Shown here: positions 49,343 through 57,779 of the stretch, one piece after another
How positions within the stretch are numbered: the stretch's first letter is position 1
Layout: every line of letters starts with the position of its first letter
Assembly (NCBI GenBank): GCA_050011835.1
Contig: JBEKII010000004.1
Coordinates: 8,386-72,385, forward strand
Origin: Minisyncoccia bacterium
Lineage (GTDB): Bacteria; Patescibacteriota; Minisyncoccia; Phycocordibacterales; Phycocordibacteraceae
DNA length: 64,000 nt
Direction: 5' to 3'
The notes under the pieces: generated by a model
Databases searched by the model: none
Seen by the model: the letters and a program-made list of their open reading frames with translations, nothing else
Told to the model about the DNA's origin: nothing
Made by a program: the position numbers and the translations under genes

Positions 49343-51146
49343 ATCGCGCCTTCTCCTCCTTTATCGCGAGGAGTTGCGAGGGGTCGGAGGTGATAATTTG
49401 GTCTTCGGTATAACTCGCGACAATTTTAATCGCGACGTGTTTCAGTCCTGCGAAGAAAAGCCCCTCGCCCACCCCCGCTTCAAGCAGGAGATATTTTTCT
49501 TCATCGGTGAGATTAAACGTCTGCTGCAGCACGTCAATCGTTGTCGGCGATTGCTTTAAGAGCAGTTGCAATGAGGAGTTGGTAAGAATTGGCCGCCCGT
49601 ATGGGCTCTTTAAGAAGTCCTCAACGTCTTGAGTGATGGTACAGACGCCCAGATAGTACTTGCGTCCGCGCTTGGCGACAGAATAGAGGAAAGAAGCGGT
49701 ATCCTCGCTCTTCATCATCCACCACGCCTCATCAATGACCAACAATCGTTTCTTCAGATCGTGGCGTATCGCATTCCAGATAAAATGCGTGATGATATAC
49801 ATTGCCACGGGCTTGAGTTCATCCTCCATATCGCGTACCGAAAAAACTTCAAATTGCTGCGTGAGGTCTATATTGGTCGGCTGATCGAGGAACCCCGCCC
49901 ATGAACCGCGGGTATATTTGGAGAGACGCTCAACCAAGGACTCGCTGCCTTCCATGCCGGAGAGTACCTGCTCAAAATCGGAAAGGAGCGGTGCCTCCGC
50001 GCCGGTAAAATCGGCATCGCCGGTTATGTCTTTGAGCGCGTAGGTTTCGCTGATGGCGCGATCAACAATCGCATCTTCCTCTGGAGAAAGATTGCTGAGC
50101 ATAATGCGAAAGAGTCCGACGAGCGCGATGATATTTGAGCGCAAGATGTCTCTCGGGTCCTCGTCTTCTTTAACCGGAGGAAGGTCAAACGGGTTGATAT
50201 GGTGCTCGGAGGAGAGCGAAATGTGGAACGAGCGTCCGCCAGTCGCTTCGGCAAGCTGATCGTATTCTCGCTCTGGGTCAATGATGATAATGTCCGTGCC
50301 GAACATGAGGGAACGCAGGACTTCAAGTTTCGTCGCATAGCTCTTGCCGGAACCGGATTTCGCGAAAATAACCGAATTGTAGTTTTCAAGCGAGAATCGA
50401 TCAAAGAGAATGAGCGAAGAATTATGCCGATTGATGCCGTAAAGAATTCCGCGGTCGCTCGTTAGGTCAAAGGAGACGAAGGGAAAGATTGAAGAAAGCG
50501 GTGAAGAGTTCAATTTTGAGTTTACTAAAAGCTCATCGGTGCCGAGCGGAAGACAGGAACGGAATCCTTGTTCCTGCTGGAAGAGCGCGGGCTTCGTATA
50601 CACAAGTTTTGCGTCAAGAATACCGCGAATGTCACCTTCTATTTTGTCGATGTCTTCTTTAGAATCTCCGTACAGCGCGAGATACAAGCCGACATCAAAA
50701 AGCTTTTCCTGCGCCTGCTGGAGATTGTTGCGCAAACTTTCAAGATCCTGATATGCGGTGTCGAGCAAGGGGTCGCGCACGAGTCCTTTCGCTTCGCGTT
50801 CGCTAATTTGACTCTGAACTTCGGCGACTTTTTTCTGAAAACCGCGCAACGCCTCTTCGGTTTTTATGGGATGGATGAATATGGAAGCGTCAAGCACTTT
50901 ATCGAGATTGATGACGGGCGCGAACCAGCCATCGGAGAGAAAACGCGGATACGATATCGTGTAGAAAGAACGGACGAATTTTTCCCCAAGCTCAATCTCG
51001 CGCGGACCGATCTTGAGCGCAGTTGGGGCAATAGTGTCAATGAGGTCGAGCGAACCCTGTTTATAAATATCTTTCGGTAAGACCGCCGTTATCACCGGCG
51101 GCTCTTCTTTTTTACGATTACGATTGAGTAAGTCGAGGAGTGCCAT
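49323..51146 (-). CDS. VirB4/TraE/CagE-family T4SS ATPase
   Basis: Walker A FAKSGSGKSY, Walker B LLVIDEAWWM; N-terminal domain IELGEKFVRSFYTISYPRFLSDGWFAPVINLD...IFIHP typical of Gram-positive-type VirB4; start trimmed to MALLDLL. Confidence 0.8.
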   Translation of the reverse strand: MALLDLLNRNRKKEEPPVITAVLPKDIYKQGSLDLIDTIAPTALKIGPREIELGEKFVRSFYTISYPRFLSDGWFAPVINLDKVLDASIFIHPIKTEEALRGFQKKVAEVQSQISEREAKGLVRDPLLDTAYQDLESLRNNLQQAQEKLFDVGLYLALYGDSKEDIDKIEGDIRGILDAKLVYTKPALFQQEQGFRSCLPLGTDELLVNSKLNSSPLSSIFPFVSFDLTSDRGILYGINRHNSSLILFDRFSLENYNSVIFAKSGSGKSYATKLEVLRSLMFGTDIIIIDPEREYDQLAEATGGRSFHISLSSEHHINPFDLPPVKEDEDPRDILRSNIIALVGLFRIMLSNLSPEEDAIVDRAISETYALKDITGDADFTGAEAPLLSDFEQVLSGMEGSESLVERLSKYTRGSWAGFLDQPTNIDLTQQFEVFSVRDMEDELKPVAMYIITHFIWNAIRHDLKKRLLVIDEAWWMMKSEDTASFLYSVAKRGRKYYLGVCTITQDVEDFLKSPYGRPILTNSSLQLLLKQSPTTIDVLQQTFNLTDEEKYLLLEAGVGEGLFFAGLKHVAIKIVASYTEDQIITSDPSQLLAIKEEKARYAAEKK

Positions 51147-51147
51147 A

Positions 51148-51831
51148 TTATTTGTCAAGACGAATGGGATTCTCAAGTTCGCCCGGATTGAAAGAACGAT
51201 ACAGGAGTTCAATGATTTCTTCGGTACCGAGCGGCACCACGCGCACGCCGGTACCGGACAAGCCGCCGATGACGAGCGAGAGGCGCTGTTCAAGCTGTGC
51301 GCGGTCTTCTTCAAATGATGTCTCTGTGGAAGCATTCTTTGCCGATGAACTCTCGTGTCGTAAGAAGCTCATTGCGTGGGCGGTAGAAATATGCGGGGAA
51401 TACGGCACGACAATATAGAACGATTTTGTCATGATATTCGCTTGTTCGGCGAAGGAACGAATGAACTCGATATATTCACGCAGCTGGATCCTCATAAGCT
51501 CGGTTTTCTGCTCCGGCGTTTTCTCCTCAAGGAGGGCAAGATAGGGACGTAAGTCCATCTTGCGCGAATTCACGACAATTTGGATTGAGAAGTCAAGCGT
51601 GTTGAGAAAATTTTGAAAGCCGAGTGTGATGGCGCGCTGTTCGTCGGCCGATTTGAGTCCGAAGTTGATGGACGAGCAGATAAGCACGCCGCGATAGCTG
51701 CCGTCTTTTAAAATGATGGCGCCGTTCCGTATCTCCTTGACGGGAACGAACTGTTGCGTTGCTCCTGCTGATCGTGTTGTTGCCATATTATTTTGGGTTT
51801 TGAACTTCGGGCTTCTGGCCTTTGATATCAA
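51148..51831 (-). CDS. T4SS-associated protein of unknown function (between the VirB3-like and VirB4 genes)
   Basis: 227-aa ORF, soluble; 1-nt spacing to the VirB4 start. Confidence 0.35.
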   Translation of the reverse strand: MISKARSPKFKTQNNMATTRSAGATQQFVPVKEIRNGAIILKDGSYRGVLICSSINFGLKSADEQRAITLGFQNFLNTLDFSIQIVVNSRKMDLRPYLALLEEKTPEQKTELMRIQLREYIEFIRSFAEQANIMTKSFYIVVPYSPHISTAHAMSFLRHESSSAKNASTETSFEEDRAQLEQRLSLVIGGLSGTGVRVVPLGTEEIIELLYRSFNPGELENPIRLDK

Positions 51832-52255
51832 GCGACCATGCGAGCTCCGAAAGTTTCCCGCGCGTCAGCCTCGGCGTGCCGCGCGGAATGCGGGAACTCG
51901 CCTCTGCGGCCGCCGCAGCGGCCGCCGCAGCGGTTTTCTCCTTGTTCGTCGGCTCCTCGTGCTTCCAGAGAAAGAATTTCGCGCCCGTGTAATAATTAAA
52001 TCCTGCTTCAAGCACATTAACAAACGGCTTACCGTTTATTTTATAAAACGCGAGCGCTGCCGCGAGTCCTGCCACCAACGCCGAAAGGACGAGAGCGATG
52101 GCAATTTGCAAATAGGAGAAGAAAATAACGCAGAGTCCGACTCCGCCGGCGATGTAGATAAATTGTTTCAAGGTCAAAGGCCCAACAATCTTATTCTCCA
52201 CCTCAATAAATTGCGGAACTTGATATTCCATTCTCTTTAGTATATCAGCACACAC
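51788..52255 (-). CDS. PrgI/VirB3-like small membrane protein
   Basis: MEYQVPQFIEVENKIVGPLTLKQFIYIAGGVGLCVIFF... two-TM topology and position upstream of VirB4; poly-Ala linker. Confidence 0.45.
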   Translation of the reverse strand: MCADILKRMEYQVPQFIEVENKIVGPLTLKQFIYIAGGVGLCVIFFSYLQIAIALVLSALVAGLAAALAFYKINGKPFVNVLEAGFNYYTGAKFFLWKHEEPTNKEKTAAAAAAAAAEASSRIPRGTPRLTRGKLSELAWSLDIKGQKPEVQNPK

Positions 52256-52267
52256 GCAATGAAAATT

Positions 52268-52777
52268 CTATCCTCCACTACCCCGGATGTCCTTAGATTG
52301 AATGGGGCTTTCGATGCCGGGTGACCATTTCGCGTTTATCGTTCCAAACTTTTTCTCATATTCCTCAACTTGGTGCGCCAAACTCTGCACGAGGCGTTTC
52401 ATATGCGGCGGCGTGAGCGCATAGGCGCTCGCAGTCTCGCCGGCGCTCATTACCAGGACGAAATTCTCCTGTGAATGACCTGCAATGACATTTTCACAAA
52501 ACTGTTTTGGGATTTTATTGAAGTCCATGACTCTAGTATAACAGGTGGCAGAAATGAAGAAGCCCCCAAGGAGAAAGACTCCTTGAGGACCACGCCGCAA
52601 ATGTGGCGCATGCAAAAGGTTCGAATCTAATTTTGATCGCCAGCACTTTCTGCAAAAAAAGTGCTTTTTCCCAACCCATACCTTCCGCTTATGATGCGGC
52701 CTGTATTTCTTCACGCTCCTCACAAAAATTTTCCTGCCGCAATTGCCGCAGTATCTCATGTTCTCCTCCTCCCCCAC
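52268..52777 (-). CDS. Hypothetical protein (N-terminal part of the ORF possibly spurious)
   Basis: 169-aa ORF; Cys-rich basic N-terminal segment then MDFNKIPKQ... region. Confidence 0.3.
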   Translation of the reverse strand: MGEEENMRYCGNCGRKIFVRSVKKYRPHHKRKVWVGKKHFFCRKCWRSKLDSNLLHAPHLRRGPQGVFLLGGFFISATCYTRVMDFNKIPKQFCENVIAGHSQENFVLVMSAGETASAYALTPPHMKRLVQSLAHQVEEYEKKFGTINAKWSPGIESPIQSKDIRGSGG

Positions 52778-52830
52778 GTTTCTTTAGAGACAATACATCT
52801 CTTTTTTAAAAATGTCCAATCGCTACTTTT

Positions 52831-53472
52831 CTAACTGTAACTACCCGTAATGAGCCCAAAAAGCCAGAGGACGAGACTGAAGAAAATGTTAGCGAAGACG
52901 AAGGAAAAGACGAGGAGGAAGAGGATGAGCGAAAGCACGCCCGCGTGACGAATCCGTTGTTCAAAACGCATAAGACCAGCGGAAGCGCTCCAAGGGAGCG
53001 CCGAGCGCAGTGCCGTAAAGCCGTCTAAGGGCGGGAATGGGATGAGGTTGAAAAGACCGAGGAAGAGGTTGACGAATGCGATTATTGAAGCGAGTGATAA
53101 TGCCGTTGCACCAAATCCAAGTATTGGCCCAAAACGCACGATGAGTCCGAAAATGATGGCGAGGAGAATATTCGTCGCGCTGCCGGCGATGGCAACGAGC
53201 GTCTCGCCCCAGCGTTGGTTCCTGAGGTTGTAGGGATTATAGGGTACCGGCTTTGCCCAACCGAACAGTATGGGCGACCCCGTGAGGACGAGGAGCGCGG
53301 GGATGATGATTGAGCCCATGAGATCAATATGCGGGATTGGATTGAGAGTGAGGCGGCCGGCGAGACGCGCGGTCGGGTCGCCGAGCGAATTGGCGGCATA
53401 GCCATGCGCCACCTCGTGCGCGATGACAGAGAAAATAAGGATAAGAAGCGTGAGAATGGTGTCCATTTGCAT
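52831..53472 (-). CDS. Peptidase M50 (site-2 protease) family membrane metalloprotease
   Basis: HEVAHGYAA (HExxH) in TM1 and a LDG-containing helix. Confidence 0.75.
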   Translation of the reverse strand: MQMDTILTLLILIFSVIAHEVAHGYAANSLGDPTARLAGRLTLNPIPHIDLMGSIIIPALLVLTGSPILFGWAKPVPYNPYNLRNQRWGETLVAIAGSATNILLAIIFGLIVRFGPILGFGATALSLASIIAFVNLFLGLFNLIPFPPLDGFTALRSALPWSASAGLMRFEQRIRHAGVLSLILFLLVFSFVFANIFFSLVLWLFGLITGSYS

Positions 53473-53503
53473 GTGTCGTATCCTATGCTACCATGCGGCG
53501 ATT

Positions 53504-53746
53504 ATGGCACGCATCTGCGCGATTACCGGGAAGAGCACGCAAGTCGGGGGTCGGTACTCCAATCGCGTCCGCGCGACCCAATTCAATCCGACCGGTAAGG
53601 TTCGGAGGAAAGCGAATCTCCAAAGACGGCGTATCTATGTGCCAGAACTTAAGAAGACTGTCATCGTTGACGTCTCGGTGAAAGGGCTCAAAACTATCAA
53701 GAAAAATGGTGCGTTTGCAGCATTGAAAAAAGTGGGAGCCATTTGA
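53504..53746 (+). CDS. rpmB: 50S ribosomal protein L28
   Basis: MARICAITGKSTQVGGRYSNRVRATQFNPTGKVRRKANLQRRRIYVPEL. Confidence 0.8.
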   Translation: MARICAITGKSTQVGGRYSNRVRATQFNPTGKVRRKANLQRRRIYVPELKKTVIVDVSVKGLKTIKKNGAFAALKKVGAI

Positions 53747-53778
53747 TTTTTATAATTGAGTAGCTTATCGTTCGCGGC

Positions 53779-54399
53779 GTGTGCAGATTATATGATAGAT
53801 TTGTTCTTATGATGTATTCAACTAAAACGTTTAGTCTTCCCGCGCTGAAAGGACTTTCGGAGAAACAAATCAAGGTGCATTTTGCTTTATATGAGGGTTA
53901 TGTGAAAAATGTAAATCTCATTACCGAGAAGCTTTCCGCCGTCCGGGCAGGACAGTTTGAACTTGATCCGTATATCATCGCGGAACTGCGCCGCCGGTTT
54001 GCGTTTGAATTTGATGGAATGAGAATGCACGAATATTATTTCGCACAGTTTGAAAATGGTCCGGCCCCACTCTTTACGGGTGGCGCATTAGAAAAAGCGA
54101 TTATTGAAAAATATGGGAATCAAAATCTCGAAGCCCATATCCGCGAAGTCGCCGGAAGCCGCGGCATTGGCTGGGCCGTCGTTTATAGCGACCCAAGTGC
54201 AAAGACGCTCCATACGGTTTTTGTAAACGACCACGAACTCGGCCAGCTTGCGGGATTGCCGATACTACTTGTGCTCGATCTCTGGGAACACGCCTACATG
54301 GTGGACTACGTTCCTGCGGAGAAGAAAAATTATATCGACGCCTTTTTTGCGAATCTTAACTGGAGTATCGTCGAAAAACGCTTCAAGGCAGTGATATAA
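53779..54399 (+). CDS. Superoxide dismutase (Fe/Mn family)
   Basis: LPALKGLSEKQIKVHFALYEGYV and DLWEHAYMVDY metal-ligand motifs. Confidence 0.85.
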   Translation: MCRLYDRFVLMMYSTKTFSLPALKGLSEKQIKVHFALYEGYVKNVNLITEKLSAVRAGQFELDPYIIAELRRRFAFEFDGMRMHEYYFAQFENGPAPLFTGGALEKAIIEKYGNQNLEAHIREVAGSRGIGWAVVYSDPSAKTLHTVFVNDHELGQLAGLPILLVLDLWEHAYMVDYVPAEKKNYIDAFFANLNWSIVEKRFKAVI

Positions 54400-54588
54400 G
54401 TGGTTTCAATATACTACCGACAAAAGTCCCAGGAGCGGGAAATTGATTCGTCCAAACTCGAAACAACAAACTTTAAAAGTTTTTTATCTGAAAAGATATT
54501 ATTTACTAAATCTTTATACTCTATGATGGTAGTCTCATATGATCTTTGCTAGAGCATCTACGTTCATTTTTTAACAAGCTTTTGCATA

Positions 54589-54942
54589 TCAGCTAAGCCT
54601 ACTCCCTATCTCCACCGTTGCTTTTGCCGGGGTAATGAGTACCCAACCGATGTCGGCCGTATTCTTGAACCCCAGCGTCAAGACTTCCGAAGTGAACGAG
54701 CCGATCTTCTTTGGTGAGAAATTCACTACGCAGCACACAAGCATTCCTCGCAGCTCTTCTTTCGCATGGGCTCCGACAACCTGCACGCCGGACGACTTAA
54801 TTCCGATTTCAGGGCCGAAGTTTATCTTGAGCTTGAACGTAGGGTTCCGCGCCTCAGGAAAATCAGATACCTCGACAATCTTGCCAACGCGGATATCAAC
54901 TCTCTGGAAATCGTCGTACGTGATCATGACTTCAGAATTCAT
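54589..54942 (-). CDS. tRNA-binding domain protein (CsaA-like), second copy
   Basis: DFQRVDIRVGKIVEVSDFPEARNPTFKLKINFGPEIGIKSSGVQ matches the Myf-domain pattern. Confidence 0.7.
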   Translation of the reverse strand: MNSEVMITYDDFQRVDIRVGKIVEVSDFPEARNPTFKLKINFGPEIGIKSSGVQVVGAHAKEELRGMLVCCVVNFSPKKIGSFTSEVLTLGFKNTADIGWVLITPAKATVEIGSRLS

Positions 54943-55537
54943 TTTGTAGGATTTCCCGTGCTTTTCGTATCGCTATGCCCCGGTGACTTATGGAATTCTT
55001 CTCCTCAAGCGTCATCTCGGCACTGGTCTTTCCTAACTTGATGCTGAAAAACACAGGATCGTAACCGAAACCATTCGTACCACGCGGAGCGGTCGCAATT
55101 CTACCTTCGTAAGTGCCTTCACAGAGACGAACCTTGTCGGTATCGGGGTCATAAATGGCAATGACAGTACGAAAACGAGCAGTCCTTTTCTCGTCAGGAA
55201 CGCCATCCAGTTCACCAAGCAGTTTTGTATTCCGGTCGGCATCAGTTCCTGGCGCATAACGAGCGGTATAAACGCCAGGCCTCCCGCCTAATGCCTCGAC
55301 CTCCAATCCCGCGTCCTCGGCAAGGGTAAGAAATCCCGTCTTTTTCCCGAGAGTCATCGCTTTAATAATCGCATTGCCCTCAAAAGTCGTTCCAGGCTCC
55401 TCGACCTCGTAATCTTTCGGAAGTTCGGGTACGTCATTCAAGTTCACAAACTCGAAAGGCAAGCCTTGGAGCAGGGAGACGATTTCGGGAAATTTGCCCT
55501 TAGAGCGCGTCGCTATGAGGACCTTGCGATTTTCCAT
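54932..55537 (-). CDS. rdgB: Non-canonical purine NTP pyrophosphatase (RdgB/Ham1)
   Basis: VLIATRSKGKFPEIVSLL...EEPGTTFEGNAIIKA...AEDAGLEVEALGGRPGVYTARYA. Confidence 0.8.
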   Translation of the reverse strand: MENRKVLIATRSKGKFPEIVSLLQGLPFEFVNLNDVPELPKDYEVEEPGTTFEGNAIIKAMTLGKKTGFLTLAEDAGLEVEALGGRPGVYTARYAPGTDADRNTKLLGELDGVPDEKRTARFRTVIAIYDPDTDKVRLCEGTYEGRIATAPRGTNGFGYDPVFFSIKLGKTSAEMTLEEKNSISHRGIAIRKAREILQNEF

Positions 55538-55852
55538 GGGTTTTGAAGTAGTCTAACAGGTTATTAGTTCGAGTCTCGTCCGCCCTTGCTCGGTCCTGTG
55601 ACCTTGCCAGGTAAGATCCCGTAAGGGTTCTTTGGCGAGTTTCAGCATAACAGATTGAGGTCTCTCGGTCAGGGGTCTTTTATCGAATCCTGCCCACGCC
55701 GAAATCCGAGATATCTGCGTTTAATTCTGAATTTGAATGGAGCCTGTAGCGACGCCCCAATGGCCATTACGAAATAAAGCCCAGACAATGAGGCAGAAGA
55801 CAACGAAAAGTAGGAACTCAAACATATCGCAATTCTAGCAAAAATTTGAGCT

Positions 55853-56371
55853 TTAGTTAGCAGTTAATACCTTGTTGGTAGATTCTTCAACAATTCTAAT
55901 TTCCTCCGGCGTAAGTTCGTATAGCCTATATACCATTTGGTCGATTTGTTTTTCGTATTCTTTGACTTTTCCTTTTTTTACAGGATTTTCCAAATAATCA
56001 CCGGGTTTAGTAATTGCAAGAATTTTATCAACCAGGACAATAAATGGCGTCTGCAGATTGGTGGGCGGGCATTTGATTGGAATATTCATAATGGGCGTTG
56101 GATCAAGCATAAGTCGATTGCCGGCTCTTTTGCCATTGTAGTATAGCCAATAATAATATAGGCGGGAGTTTAAAAGTCCGAGAACATATTTCAATGAGAT
56201 GTTCATCTCGCCTGTTTTGTAAGTTACGAAGGTTATATTTACACTCACTTCTGGGTATCTTAGACCAAATAGACCTGAATCAGCTTGGCGTGCAAATGAA
56301 ATTCGAGGAGGAGCTGAAGCGGCATAACAAATTTCAACGCACCGTATTAGGTCTCTCGGATCCAAAAGCAA
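55853..56371 (-). pseudogene. Fragment of a DNA methyltransferase C-terminal target-recognition domain (TaqI-like / type IIG or BREX PglX-like)
   Basis: LGLLNSRLYYYWLYYNGKRAGNRLMLDPTPIMNIPIK and QIDQMVYRLYELTPEEIRIVEEST are hallmark C-terminal specificity-domain strings; no methyltransferase catalytic domain upstream. Confidence 0.5.
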
Positions 56372-56508
56372 AACATGAAGATGTAGATTTCAGAGTCTAT
56401 GCAAAATATATTCTAAAGGAGGGCACGAATGAGGAGAAACGAGAATTAATGGGGTGCTTCAAGTCGAAACTTAAAGTCACGAAAGGAGTAGTGACGGTTG
56501 AGTAAAAT

Positions 56509-57264
56509 TTATTTAACTCGAACAAACTTCCCGGTAACTTTGATCACAGAAACCTCATCATATTTTTGGTCAAAAAAGTCCTGTGAGATCGGTTTTTTGG
56601 CAAACGGGTTGATGATAGTGCGTAGACGTACATATCGTTTACGAATGTTATATCCTTTTGATTTGCACCAGGCCTCGTAGACTTGCAAAAGATCATTTCC
56701 TAGCATTTCTGGCATCTCATGTTCTTTCCAAAATTCTTTCCCAGCAACTGCCTTTTCTGGATATATTTCCTCAATGACAGCAATGGCCGAAAGAGTCGTA
56801 TTTTTCTTGGGCGACAACTCACCATTTTTGTCGAAGATCCACTGTGAGTTGCTTCCGTCGGGCGACATCCGAAGAGATATATCACCATATGCTGAACCGG
56901 CTATCAGTTGAGTGTCTAGGCCGGCAGTAAACGAATCGCCTTTATGCAATATGAGTACACAAGGATAATCATTTTTGTAATCTTTGAACTTTTTACGAGC
57001 TTGCCCTATTTTCTCTCTTGTTTGCGAATAAGGATCGAGGCGAATTGCTACACTGAAGTTTTCAGGTGTTCTCATATATCGGTCGGCTTTGCTTTCACGA
57101 CTAAATTCTTTTATTTCAAAAAGTGTGTCCGCATTAATCCTTACGAGATAATCGGGCCTTTTCGGCTTTCCAAGATCGGGTTCATAGAAGAAATCTTTAT
57201 CGGCAACCAGCCCTTTCTTTGAAAGATATTCTTCAAACAATTTTTCCGATGATGTAACTGTCAT
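56509..57264 (-). CDS. Hypothetical protein adjacent to the MTase fragment
   Basis: 251-aa ORF; no recognisable motif. Confidence 0.35.
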   Translation of the reverse strand: MTVTSSEKLFEEYLSKKGLVADKDFFYEPDLGKPKRPDYLVRINADTLFEIKEFSRESKADRYMRTPENFSVAIRLDPYSQTREKIGQARKKFKDYKNDYPCVLILHKGDSFTAGLDTQLIAGSAYGDISLRMSPDGSNSQWIFDKNGELSPKKNTTLSAIAVIEEIYPEKAVAGKEFWKEHEMPEMLGNDLLQVYEAWCKSKGYNIRKRYVRLRTIINPFAKKPISQDFFDQKYDEVSVIKVTGKFVRVK

Positions 57265-57346
57265 ATGGGAGGTGAGTATATCAGCTTACCTGAAAGATAT
57301 ATAAGGTCTCGGCATAGCACCGATAAAAAGTCCTACGAGCGGGGTC

Positions 57347-57772
57347 TCAGGGATTCGAACCGCGATCCATTGCGGTGTTTGCGAGAGCATCAGCGTCGCT
57401 ATTTTCCTCGCGTGGAACATGCAAAAAAGAGATAGGTCCGAAGATCGCGGCGAGCGAAGCAAGTCGCGTGTGCTGTTTTTTTAAGACAGGACTCTTCACT
57501 TTGTATTCCCCACCCATCTGCTTCACTACAAGCTCGCTATCCATCTTTACAACAACATCAGTTTTTTTGCGTTTTGCCGCTGGAATGAGTTTTGCCAGCG
57601 CTTCAAGTCCGAGAATCACCGCCTCATATTCTGCAAAATTATTCGTACGTGTCCCGAGAAATTTTGAAACGCTCGCAATCGAATTGCCTAATTCATCACG
57701 AATTATCACTCCAGCCCCGCTTGGTCCCGGATTTCCTCTCGCGCCGCCGTCGGCATGGATGGTGAAATGCAT
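57347..57772 (-). CDS. rnhA: Ribonuclease HI
   Basis: IHADGGARGNPGPSGAGVII...AEYEAVILGLE...D..ALANTAMD; start trimmed to MHFTIHADGG. Confidence 0.8.
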   Translation of the reverse strand: MHFTIHADGGARGNPGPSGAGVIIRDELGNSIASVSKFLGTRTNNFAEYEAVILGLEALAKLIPAAKRKKTDVVVKMDSELVVKQMGGEYKVKSPVLKKQHTRLASLAAIFGPISFLHVPREENSDADALANTAMDRGSNP

Positions 57773-57779
57773 ATGTTCA

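Noticed and set aside
51148-51831. Frameshifted N-terminal half of VirB4
   Set aside because: The downstream ORF already contains a complete Gram-positive-type VirB4 N-terminal domain; the 227-aa protein is more likely a separate gene
55600-55640. SRP (4.5S) RNA candidate
   Set aside because: It has a GNRA-capped helix, but the conserved domain IV GGAA...AGCA internal-loop signature is absent
57330-57375. A full tRNA gene on the minus strand
   Set aside because: Only a T-arm/acceptor-like 3' segment (GGTTCGAATCC...) is present; no matching 5' acceptor strand or anticodon arm could be folded, and it lies inside the rnhA coding sequence
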